Under the pieces are notes generated by a model. That model was not told the origin of the DNA. It did no database searches and saw only the letters and a list, made by a program, of their open reading frames with translations. Positions 37,893-48,183 of a stretch of 64,000 bases of DNA are shown piece by piece; position 1 is the stretch's first letter, and every line of letters starts with the position of its first letter. The stretch comes from Mustelus asterias. Taxonomy: Eukaryota. The stretch is from positions 186,001-250,000 of the forward strand of contig NW_027590121.1 of the NCBI RefSeq assembly GCF_964213995.1, given 5' to 3'. Both the position numbers and the translations under genes were made by a program.

Positions 37893-38629
37893 CTCACATC
37901 TTGACTTCAAAATATATCGCTGTTCCTTTGCTGTCACTGGACCAGAATCCTGGAGCTTCCTCCCAAACAACAGTGTGGGTGTACCTACACCACAGGGATT
38001 GCTGTGGTTCTAGAAGGCAGCTCAACACCACCTTCTCAAGGCCATTTAGAAATGGGCAATAAATGCTGACCTAGCCAGTGAGGCCCACCTTTTATTATTC
38101 AGGGCAGACTGTGGGCTTTGACCTCTGTAAACGAATAAAAAATAAGGTAATACCTGTTTTTAGCCGATTGAATTGGATTTCAATGACAGCATTGTCTTCT
38201 CCCTTGTTCTTATGTCCTGGGCCTATTACACGGTTATACTTGAAGGAATAGAGCCAGCCTGACTCCACTGTGTTATCTCTGACACTGTTATCATTCCCTA
38301 AGCTGCTACAGACTAGTTCATTAGCTCAAACAAACGCATTTTTCTCACAGTGTGAGGCCAGTTTCCTGCACAATTTAATTCATTTTGCAGACATTGCTAA
38401 TTCCAGCAAGGCTGCGACTTGACTACATTGACCAGCATGCTTTGCACATTGAACCCACAATGCAGTTCTTCAGATATGCTCAGTCTGGGTTCTTCTATCA
38501 CCCTCGATATTCCCTGTTACCACCATGAGAGACTCGACACAGAGCATTACACCACAACCCGTGAACACTGATTAATATAAAATAAATAAAGTTACAAACT
38601 GACTGCACATTAAAAAGGTCCATAATACA

Positions 38630-38930
38630 TTGGTTTCCAACAGAGCCATTGTAATAAAAGCCAATGAAGTTATGCTGAAGCTTTATGAAGCACTGTTTAA
38701 ACCACAATGGGAATATTGTGTTCATATCCAGACAGCACGCTTTAGGAATGATGGGATGGTCCTTGAGAAGGTGCGGAGGTTCACCAGAATGGTTCCAGCA
38801 ATGAAGGATTTTAACTCCAAGGTCAGGTTCGAGAAGTTGGAGTTATTCTCCCTGGAATGAAGGAGGCTAAGGGAAGATCTGATAGAGGTGAACACTATTA
38901 TGACAGGTTTAGATCAAGTGGATACAGAAA
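38630..38930 (+). mobile_element. Old CR1 fragment
   Basis: VMLKLYEALFKPQWEYCV...LELFSLE. Confidence 0.7.
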
Positions 38931-39689
38931 TTGGCCACGATTGACAGAGACTGCTGGAGGCAAGGCTATTGGTTAATATAACTTTTTATTGCACCTTCTT
39001 CTAAATATGTACAGCACAAGGCTCAGCATAGAACCATCTCTCAGCAAACTCTTATCATCTGATCTTACATCACTGGGTAGAATATTTACAAATTTAACAT
39101 TAACCCTTTACACTGCACCAAGTCTTCAGTCAGCCTCCTAACATCCCCTCAGTGCCAGTTGTCTGATTTATCAATTGATGTTTCTGAGATTCACCTTGGG
39201 ACACTCTCCTACATTGAAGGTCTGATGTAAACAAAAGTTATTTTAAAAATCTCATTGTAACAGACTGAGGAAGTCAGGATTAAAACAATATCTGGGTAAA
39301 TGGAGTTAGGTCACAGATCAGCCATGACCTCAGTGAATGAGAGAACAGGCTTGAGGGATAAATGACCTCCTCCTGTTCCTGGTAAACTTGGACTCAGACA
39401 CCAGCTGATGAATGGAAAGTGATGGGAGACCTGGGGAGAAGAGACTTCATCAGAAACCAGCACTGGAGCAGAGTTAGAGAGTGGGAGAATCCTGGGGAGA
39501 AACTACACAGGAACTGGAGCAGGTTGTTCAGCCCTTCCAGTCTGCTCTGTCATTCAGTTAGACCCTGGCTGGTCAATTAGTTTATCATCAAGATTTATTT
39601 GATTCTATTCTGTAGATTAAGCTGCAGCTCAGTTTTTTGGGAAATTAACATCAGCAGAAACAAACTCCAACTATCACAATGGGAACATG

Positions 39690-40990
39690 TGAATTAGGAG
39701 CAGGAGAAGGCCACTCGGCCCCTCGAGCCTGCTCCACCATTCAATAGGATCCCGGCTGATGTGATTGTAGCTTCAACTCCACTTTCCTTCTTACCCCTCA
39801 CACCCTTTGACTCTCTTGTCAATCAAGAATCTATTAAATTCAGACTTCAGAATATTCAGTGAGCCAGCCTCCACCACTCTCTGTGGAAGAGAATTCCACA
39901 CTGTAACAACCCTCTGAGAGAAAAGGTTTCTCCTCATCCCAGTCTTAAATGGGAGACCCCTTATTTTTAAACTGTGCCTCTAGTTCTCCTCTCTCGACAA
40001 TCAACATCCACTCTGTCAAGTCCCCTCTGAATTTTATGTTTCAATCAGATCCTCTCTCATTCTTCTAAACCCCAATAGATACAGGCCAAACATGTCCAAC
40101 TTTTCCTCGTATGATAACTCCCTCATCCCAGGAATCAGTCAAGTAAACCTTCTCTGAACTACTTCTCACACAAGTCCTCTCTTAAGTAAGGAGACCAAAA
40201 CTGTACACCGTGCTCTAGATGTGGTCTCACCAATACCCTGAACAAATATAGCAAAACATCCCTGCAATAAACAACAATTCATTTACCTTTCTAATCATTT
40301 GCTGTGTCCACACACTAACGTTTCCTGATTACAGTACCAGGACACCCAGATCCCTCTGTACCTCAAAGTTCTGCAATCGCTCGCTTTAAATAATCAACTG
40401 CTTTTCCATCCTTCCTGTCCAAATGGACAAGTTCACATTATCCAAAAATCTTGTTCCAGCTGCCAACCTTTTACCCACTCACTGACCCTATCTATATTAC
40501 TTTACAGGCTTGTTATGGTCATTCACATCTCACTTTCCTACCTACCTTTGTGTTATCAACAAATTTTGATCCTGTCATCCACATCATGAAAATAGTTTGT
40601 CAATAGTTGAGGGCCCAGCACTGGTCCCTGTGGCACTCCACAGGCTACATTTTGCCATCCCAAAAATGACTCATTTCTCCCTCCTGTTTCCTATTAGCTC
40701 ATCAATCCTCTATCCATGCTAATATAAAGAATCAAAGTGGATGGGATGCTAATATGTTATGCCTTATGCTACAAATTCTTATTTAGTGTGGTGAACTTTG
40801 ATGTGGCACCTTGTCAAATGCCTTCTGGAAATCTAAATACACCACATCCACAGGTTCCACTTTATCCACATTGCTTGTTACTTCCTCAAAGAAATCCAAT
40901 AAATCAATTAACATGATTTCCCTTGCACAAAACCATGTTGACTCTGCCTGATTGCACAGAGATTATCTGTGTCCCACCCCAGTCTCCTTA
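39690..40990 (-). mobile_element. Degraded CR1 inserted in the ZNF-F 3' region
   Basis: CR1 3' UTR (GGAGCAGGAG.AGGCCA.TCGGCCCCTCGAGCC) and RT remnants (reverse of FQKAFDKVPH). Confidence 0.8.
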
Positions 40991-40997
40991 ATAACAG

Positions 40998-41162
40998 AAT
41001 GAACATGATTCAGTCCTGCATGGGATTACTTATTTACTAATTACTTAAATAATAGATAGATAAATAAATGAACATGATTCAGTCCTGCATGGGATTACTT
41101 ATTAATTACTTCAATAACAGATAGATAAATAAATAAATGAACATGATTCAGTCCTGCATGGG
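40998..41162. repeat. Three copies of a 27-bp 3' UTR motif, period about 69 bp
   Basis: AATGAACATGATTCAGTCCTGCATGGG x3. Confidence 0.85.
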
Positions 41163-42512
41163 GTGAGCAGCAACAGCAGAATCCAATCCCTGCAGTGACT
41201 TGTGAACTTGCAGGTGTCTCAGTAGATTGGCTGACCGAGCAAATCTCTTCCCACATACGGAGCAGGTGAACGATCTCTCTCCTGTGTGAACCTGCTGGTG
41301 TCTCAGCAGGTGGGATGACTGAGTGAACCTTTTCCCACACATGGAGCAGGTGAATGATCTCTCTCCAGTGTGAATTTGCTGGTGTCTCAGCAGGTCCTTA
41401 GAGCTTTTAAAGCTTTTCTCACAGTCAGAACACTTAAAAGGTCTCTGATCAGTGTGGACTAGTTGATGTGCAATGAGCTGGGGTGGCTGAGTGAATCGTT
41501 TCCCACATGTGGAGCAAGCGAAGGGTTTCTCCCCAGTGTGAATTCGCTCGTGTATCAGGAGCTGGGCTGAATCAGTGAATCCCTTCCCACACACACAGCA
41601 AATGAATGGCTTCTCCCCGGTGTGAACTCGCTGGTGTCTCAGACGGTGGGATGAATGGGTGAATCCCATCCCACACACCGAGCAGGTGAACGGTTTCTCC
41701 CCAGTGTGAACTCGCTGGTGTGTCACCAAATCCTGTTTACTTTTAAAGCTCTTCTCACAGTCAGAACACTGAAATGGTCTCTTATCAGAGTGAACTCGCT
41801 GGTGTGTTTGCAGCTGGGATAAACGTCCGAATCTCCTCTCACACACGGAGCAGGTGAATGGCTTCTCCCCAGTGTGAGTGCGCTGATGGACTTGTAAATC
41901 ATTTTTACTTTTAAATCTCTTCTCACAGTCAGAACATTGAAATGGTCTCTGATCAGTGTGAACAAGTTGGTGTGTCAGAAGGTGGGATGACTGAGTGAAT
42001 CCCTTCCCACACACTGAGCAGGTGAACGGTCTCACCGCCATGTGAGTGCGCTGGTGTCTCAGGAGGTCCTTTGTGCTTTTAAAGCTTTTCTCACAATCAG
42101 AACACTGAAACAGTCTCTGATCGGAGTGAACCTGCCGGTGAATCAGGAGGCTTGATAAAGCATGACATCTCCTCCCACATTCGAGGCAGGTGAATGGCCT
42201 CTCACCAGTGTGAACACGCCGGTGTGTATAGAGGCTGGATGAGTAAGCAAATCCTTTCCCACACTCAGAGCAGGTGAACGGCCTCTCTCCAGTGTGAATG
42301 CGACGATGAATATCCAATTCGGACGGGTAATTGAATCCCCTCCCACAGTCCCCACATTTCAATGGTTTCTCTGTGGAGCGGGTATCCTCATGTGACTCCA
42401 GATTGGATGATGAGTTGATGCCTTGTTTACACAGAATGTGTGTCGGGTCACTAATCACTGAGAATTGTGTGGGTTTTTCCAGCCTGTTTAAAGCTCTTTC
42501 CACATTCAGCAC
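41148..42512 (-). CDS. ZNF-F: C2H2 array, 14 fingers, open frame but the family ATG is missing
   Basis: STEKPLKC in place of MEKPWKC; track ORF starts at GTG; family stop changed to TCA, so it reads into the 3' UTR. Confidence 0.7.
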   Translation of the reverse strand: MLNVERALNRLEKPTQFSVISDPTHILCKQGINSSSNLESHEDTRSTEKPLKCGDCGRGFNYPSELDIHRRIHTGERPFTCSECGKGFAYSSSLYTHRRVHTGERPFTCLECGRRCHALSSLLIHRQVHSDQRLFQCSDCEKSFKSTKDLLRHQRTHMAVRPFTCSVCGKGFTQSSHLLTHQLVHTDQRPFQCSDCEKRFKSKNDLQVHQRTHTGEKPFTCSVCERRFGRLSQLQTHQRVHSDKRPFQCSDCEKSFKSKQDLVTHQRVHTGEKPFTCSVCGMGFTHSSHRLRHQRVHTGEKPFICCVCGKGFTDSAQLLIHERIHTGEKPFACSTCGKRFTQPPQLIAHQLVHTDQRPFKCSDCEKSFKSSKDLLRHQQIHTGERSFTCSMCGKRFTQSSHLLRHQQVHTGERSFTCSVCGKRFARSANLLRHLQVHKSLQGLDSAVAAHPMQD

Positions 42513-43007
42513 AATGGAAACTCTCAGGTGTGTGTCTTGGCGCTTTTTCAGTCACACTGATGTTTGAAATCTTCACCCACAAACAGAACAAACATTTCTT
42601 CTTCTGTAGACAAAGTCTGATGATATTCAGTTTCCGATGAATTAAATCACTGAAACAGAGCTTGATTTGAAGTTTGTAAATCCAGCTACAGAATACCCTG
42701 TAAAAACAGTTTACAAAAGTCATCACTTTCAGTCCAGGATAGAAACTCTGAACAATTCTAATTTCTCCGGAACATTTTTTTCCTCTTGTCGCCCCCTAAA
42801 TCCCATGCTCCCTGGGCTGAAATCCAAACCCATCTGCACGATCTCTTCCCCCACTCCCTGTTTTCTCTCTCCCTCTCCTCTGTCTGGGTTCAGTTCTCCA
42901 GCTGCTGTCTGCAGACTGACAATAAAACCAATGGGTCTTATTGGGGGTGTTGGGACCTCCAGCGGGTGTTTGTGAATCCTCCCCGCCCACCTCCCAGGGT
43001 TTCCTTC

Positions 43008-43832
43008 CTTAAGACCATAAGACCATAAGACATAGGAGCGGAAGTAAGGCCATTCGGCCCATCGAGTCCACTCCACCATTCAATCATGGTTGATTTCAAC
43101 TCCATTTACCCGCTCTCTCCCCATAGCCCTTAATTCCTCGAGAAATCAAGAATTTATCAATTTCTGTCTTGAAGACGCTCAACGTCTCGGCCTCCACAGC
43201 CCTCTGTGGCAATGAATTCCACAGACCCACCACTCTCTGGCTGAAGAAATTTCTCCTCATCTCTGTTCTAAAGTGACTCCCTTTTATTCTAAGGCTGTGC
43301 CCCCGCGTCCTAGTCTCCCCTGTTAATGGAAACAACTTCCCTACGTCCATCCTATCTAAGCCGTTCATTATCTTGTAAGTTTCTATCAGATCTCCCCTCA
43401 ACCTCCTAAACTCCAATGAATATAATCCCACGATCCTCAGACGTTCATCGTATGTCAGGCCTACCATTCCTGGGATCATCCGTGTGAATCTCCGCTGGAC
43501 CCGCTCCAGTGCCAGTATGTCCTTCCTGAGGTGTGGGGCCCAAAATTGCTCACAGTACTCCAAATGGGGCCTAACCAGTGCTTTATAAAGCCTCAGAAGT
43601 ACATCCCTGCTTTTGTATTCCAAGCCTCTTGAGATAAATGACAACATTACATTTGCTTTCCTAATTACGGACTCAACCTGCAAGTTTACCTTTAGAGAAT
43701 CCTGGACTAGGACTCCCAAGTCCCTTTGCACTTTAGCATTATGAATTTTGTCACCGTTTAGAAAATAGTCCATGCCTCTATTCTTTTTTCCAAAGTGTAC
43801 GACCTCGCACTTGCCCACGTTGAATTTCATCC
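43008..43832 (-). mobile_element. Young 5'-truncated CR1 in the 5' region of ZNF-F
   Basis: Uninterrupted 244-aa ORF2 C-terminus; (AAGACCAT)n tail. Confidence 0.9.
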
Positions 43833-43929
43833 TTCCCAGAGATCAGAGTCCTCATTGATTTGAGGCCAAAGTGTAACCTCTTATTTATTGTCCCCCTCCC
43901 CCATCCTCTGATGTGAACCATCCTCCAGT

Positions 43930-44540
43930 GGCTGAGCCAGGATGGGGCCGTTAACCTGGGCCTGTTCCCGGGAGGGAGGGAGGGAGAAGCCCCGCAGCTG
44001 CAAACCAGGGAGCTGACAATGATTCTGAAGGGTTTCCAAAGTGTTTCCAAATCCTCCCAGCCACCGCCTAACGCTGACTCCGCTTCTCCGGGACAAACAA
44101 GCACCAAGGACAGCAATGACACTGCGCATGCTCCACATCACAATGCCCGGGCACTGATTGACGGCAGCACCGGACCAATAGGAAGAGGGGGCGGGGCTGG
44201 AGGACCGAGCGGGAGTGGCTGGTCCTCCAACCAATCGGAGTGAATGAGGGGCGGGGCCGGGCTGCGACTGAAGCATGCGCAGTGTGAGGGATGGCAACGC
44301 AGAGAAGCTTCTGTCGCTCTTCCACAATTGATGAGGTGAGATTGTCGATGTGGAGGGTGTGAAGAACCGGGAGTTTTCTGAAACGTGTTCTGTAAACAGC
44401 AAGCCCCCAAAACAAACGGACCGCAATCATTTACAATGAACGTGTCCGCAGTTCTTCAGATTCGGCCCGAGTTAGCGTACGCCATCTTTATTCGGGGCAA
44501 CATGCAGCAGAAGGCATGCCTGTCCGCCATCTTTGTAGGG
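43930..44540. promoter_or_regulatory. CpG promoter of ZNF-F
   Basis: TGCGCATGC, GCATGCGCA, GC boxes, two CCAAT boxes, two CGCCATCTT (YY1-like). Confidence 0.7.
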
Positions 44541-44639
44541 GGCAATGCTTCATTCAGATGCAATTCAACCCCTCGTTCCTGCTCCACCATTCAATAAACT
44601 GATTTCAGTCTCCACTGCGCTCTGGGGTCGAGAATTACA

Positions 44640-45160
44640 GTAAGAAGTCTCACAACACCAGGGTAAAGTCCAACAGGTTTATTTGGTAGCAAATACCATA
44701 AGCTTTCGGAGCGCTGCCCCTTCGTCAGATGGAGTGAAAATCTGTTCTCCAACAGTGCACAGAGACACAACATCAAGTTACAGAATACTGATTAGAATGC
44801 AAATCTCTACAGCCAGCCAGGTCTTAAAGGTACAGATAATGTGGGTGGAGGGAACATTAAACACAGGTTAAAGAGATGTGTATTGTCTCCAGACAGAACA
44901 GCTAGTAAGATTCTGCAAGATCAGGAGGCAAGCTGTGGGGGTTACTGATAATGTGACATAAATCCAACATCCCGGTTTAGGCCGTCCTCATGTGTGCGGA
45001 ACTTGGCTATCAGTTTCTGCTCAGCGACTCTGCGCTGTCGTGTGTCGTGAAGGCCGCCTTGGAGAACGCTTACCTGAAGATCCAAGGCTGAATGTCCGTC
45101 ACTGCTGAAGTGCTCCCCCACAGGAAGAGAACAGTCTTGCCTGGTGATTGTTGAGCGGAT
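44640..45160 (-). mobile_element. Penelope-like element 3' part (GIY-YIG C-terminus and terminus)
   Basis: LPVGEHFSSDGHS...AEQKLIAKFRTHEDGLNRD. Confidence 0.85.
44696..44732 (-). ncRNA. Minimal hammerhead ribozyme motif
   Basis: CCAT-CTGACGA-A-GGGGC agc GCTCC-GAAA-GC-TT-ATGG. Confidence 0.75.
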
Positions 45161-45629
45161 TGTCTCAATCTTAGTGACAAAGAAACTCCATGAGCTTCTC
45201 AGACTTGTTGGAGGTGAGGATGGAGAGAATAGGGGAAAGGGAGAGCTTTTCAATAAGGAACTGACTGACGTGTAAATCCTTCCCTTTCAATCCCCTGACT
45301 GGTGTCAGAGATAATAAAAATGCTCAGCACACTTGTGTGTTTAACACAAACCTTATTTATTTGACTTATATCCAGAATATCAATCACTATAACTGGGCTG
45401 GAGTTGATTAACCTGCTCTGTAGGAATTCTATGAACATCACAGAAAGAAACCCCAAAGCATATGTTTCTATCCTGGATGTGATGTACGAATCACTGTGTT
45501 TCTTCCTATTTCAGGAGAAAAAACATAATTAAACTAAATCAAATAAATTGAGGAAAAAATGAAGGGAGCAGCCCCTTAAAGGGATACCGCCTTAAACAAA
45601 AAACAAATCATGAATGAAACTTAAAACAT

Positions 45630-46700
45630 CACAAAGTATGTAGAGTGGCAGATAGTATTGAGGAAGCAGGGGGGCTGCAGAAGGACTTGGACAGGCTAGG
45701 AGAGTGGGCAAAGAAGTGGCAGATGGAATACAATGTGGGAAAGTGTGAGGTTATGCACTTTGGAAGGAGGAATGGAGGCTAGACTAATTTCTAAATGGGG
45801 AAATGCTTCGGAAATCAGAAACACAAAGGGACTTGGGAGTCCTTGTTCAGGATTCTCTTAAGGTTAACGTGCAGGTTCAGTCGGCAGTTAGGAAGGCAAA
45901 TGCAATGTTGGCATTCATGTCGAGAGGGCTAGAATACAAGTAAGAAGTCTCACAACACCAGGTTAAAGTCCAACAGGTTTATTTGGTAGCAAATACCATA
46001 AGCTTTCGGATCTTGCTGCTCCTTCGTCAGAAGGAGGGGTCTCTGTTCTTCAACAGTGCACAGACACAGAAATCAAGTTACAGAATACTAATTAGAATGC
46101 AAATCTCTACGCAGGGATGTATTTCTGAGGCTGTATGAAGCTCTGGCAGACTGCATTTGAAATACTGTGAGCAGTTTTGGGCCCCGTATCTAAGGAAGGA
46201 TGTGCTGGCCTTGGAAAGGATCCAGAGAAAGTTCACAAGAATGATCCCTGGAATGAAGAGCTTGTCATATGAGGAATGGTTGAGGATTCTGGGTCTGTAC
46301 TCGTTGGAGTTTAGAAGGATGAGGGGGGATCTTATTGAAATCTACAGGATACTGCGAGGCCTGGATTGAGTGGACGTGGAGAGGATGTTTCCACTAGTAG
46401 GAAAAACTAGAACCAGAGGGCACAACCTCAGACTAAAGGGACGATGCTTTAAAACAGAGATGAGGAGGAATTTCTTCAGCCAGAGAGTGTTGAATCTGTG
46501 GAACTCTTTGCCGCAGGAGGCTGTGGAGGCCAGGTCATTGGGTACCTTTAAGACAGAGACAGATAGGTTCTTGATTAATGAGGGGATCAGGGGTTATGGG
46601 GAAAAGGCAGAATAGGGATGAGAAAAATATCAGCCATGATTGAATGGCAGAGCAGACTTGATGGGCTGAGTGGCCTTCTGCTCTTATGTCTTATGGTCTA
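45630..46700 (+). mobile_element. CR1 fragment with a nested Penelope terminus (45940-46110, minus, degenerate hammerhead)
   Basis: CR1 ORF2 pieces 46157-46615; insert matches 44640-44810. Confidence 0.85.
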
Positions 46701-47280
46701 AATAAAACGTGATTAAAAGGGTTGATAAGGCACCCCAGGCCCCATGGTGCCCAATGAGCACGGAAAGCCTCGACAGTGCCAGTAGACACCACATGCTCCC
46801 TCTCTCAGGATACTAGGCTGTGAATGTAGAGGTGGTAGAGGGGTGGACAGTCGAGTTGGACAACTCCTGCGGTCACCCCACTGCCCATCCTGTTGATGGC
46901 ACATTTGGCGAGGCCCAAAGCAGGCCGAGCAATCCATTTCAGGGCAATTAGGGATGGCCCACAGCTGACAAATTACTAAAAAAGGTTTAAAAGGAGGTCT
47001 TCCTTCTTTCTCACCCCTCTCTGCACAGGATGTCGCTATGTTTACTCATGAACTTGCAGGTATCTGAACAACTTCGTTCAATTAACAAATCCTTTCACAC
47101 CGTGTGCAGGTTAATGCCTTCTTCCCAGTGGGAAATCCCTGTTGTACAGCGAGTTCGGATGATTCCCTGAACTTGTCCCACAATGACAGCACCTGAACAG
47201 TACCTGGTCAGCATGCATCTGTTGATGGAACACAGGTTCTTTCCTCAGGGTGAACAGACTGTTGGAATGAACAAGTGAAT

Positions 47281-48183
47281 TCATTTCCCCACAGGGCAGG
47301 TGAACAGCTTCACCCTGGTGTGAACTCGCTGGTGTCTCAGCAAGCTGAATGACTGGGTGAATCCCTTTCCACACACTGAGCAGATGAATGGCCTCTCCCC
47401 AGTGTGAACTCGCTGGTGTGTCAGCAAGCTGGATGACTTAACGAATCCTTGCCCACACTCCATGCAGATGAATGGTCTCTCCCCAGTGTGAATTCGCTGG
47501 TGTTCAGTGAGGTCAGATGATTGCTTGAACCCAGTCCCACAGTGAGAGCATCCGAATGGTCTCTCGTCAGTGTGAACTCGCTGGTGTCTCACTAATCTGG
47601 ATGATTTAGTGAATCCTTTCCCACACTCCATGCAGACGAACGGTCTCTCCCCAGTGTGAATTCGCTGGTGTTCAGAGAGTTCAGATGATCGCTTGAACCC
47701 AGTCCCACAGTGAGAGCACCTGAACGGTCTCTCGTCAGTGTGAACAACTTGATGGCGCATCAATTCCCCAGAACTTTTATAGCACTTCCCACAGTGTGGG
47801 CACTGAAATGGTCTCTCCTCAGTGTGAACTCGTTGATGGTCCATGAGGTGATCTGACCGAGTGAATCTCTTCCCACAGATGGAGCAGGCGAATGGCCTCT
47901 CCCCAGTGTGAACACCCTGGTGTCTCAGCATTTGGGATGATTGAGTAAATCCCTTCCCACACTCAGAGCAGATAAACGGCCTGTCTCCAGTGTGAATGTG
48001 CTGCTGAGTTTCCAGCTTTACAGAATAATTGAGTCCCTTCTCACAGTGCTCACAGTTCCAGGGTTTCTCCATGCTGCTCGTGTCCTTGTGTCTCTCCAGG
48101 TTGGAGGTAAAGTTGAAAGCTTGTCCACACCCAGAGCATATGTACAGTTCCTCTCCGCTGTGAACGGTGCTTTTTTCTTCCAT
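47281..48183 (-). CDS. ZNF-G: C2H2 protein, 8 intact fingers and 2 degenerate N-terminal fingers; decayed fingers follow to about 47040
   Basis: [11 protein letters not shown] start homologous to ZNF-D; 3' UTR remnant at 45320-45490. Confidence 0.8.
   Translation of the reverse strand: MEEKSTVHSGEELYICSGCGQAFNFTSNLERHKDTSSMEKPWNCEHCEKGLNYSVKLETQQHIHTGDRPFICSECGKGFTQSSQMLRHQGVHTGERPFACSICGKRFTRSDHLMDHQRVHTEERPFQCPHCGKCYKSSGELMRHQVVHTDERPFRCSHCGTGFKRSSELSEHQRIHTGERPFVCMECGKGFTKSSRLVRHQRVHTDERPFGCSHCGTGFKQSSDLTEHQRIHTGERPFICMECGQGFVKSSSLLTHQRVHTGERPFICSVCGKGFTQSFSLLRHQRVHTRVKLFTCPVGK

Larger units (their letters stand above)
34990..38090 (+). mobile_element. Old CR1/L2-group LINE 3' part split by a solo LTR
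   Basis: SQGSVRGPTIFSCFINNLP, WADKWQVTF; sequence resumes after 37896. Confidence 0.7.

Noticed and set aside
38941-39112. Short TG...CA segment as a solo LTR
   Set aside because: No target-site duplication could be identified
43881-44430. ORFs over GC-rich promoters (also 31654-32013, 56536-57192) as N-terminal effector exons
   Set aside because: Frames are not conserved between homologous cassettes and show no domain signature
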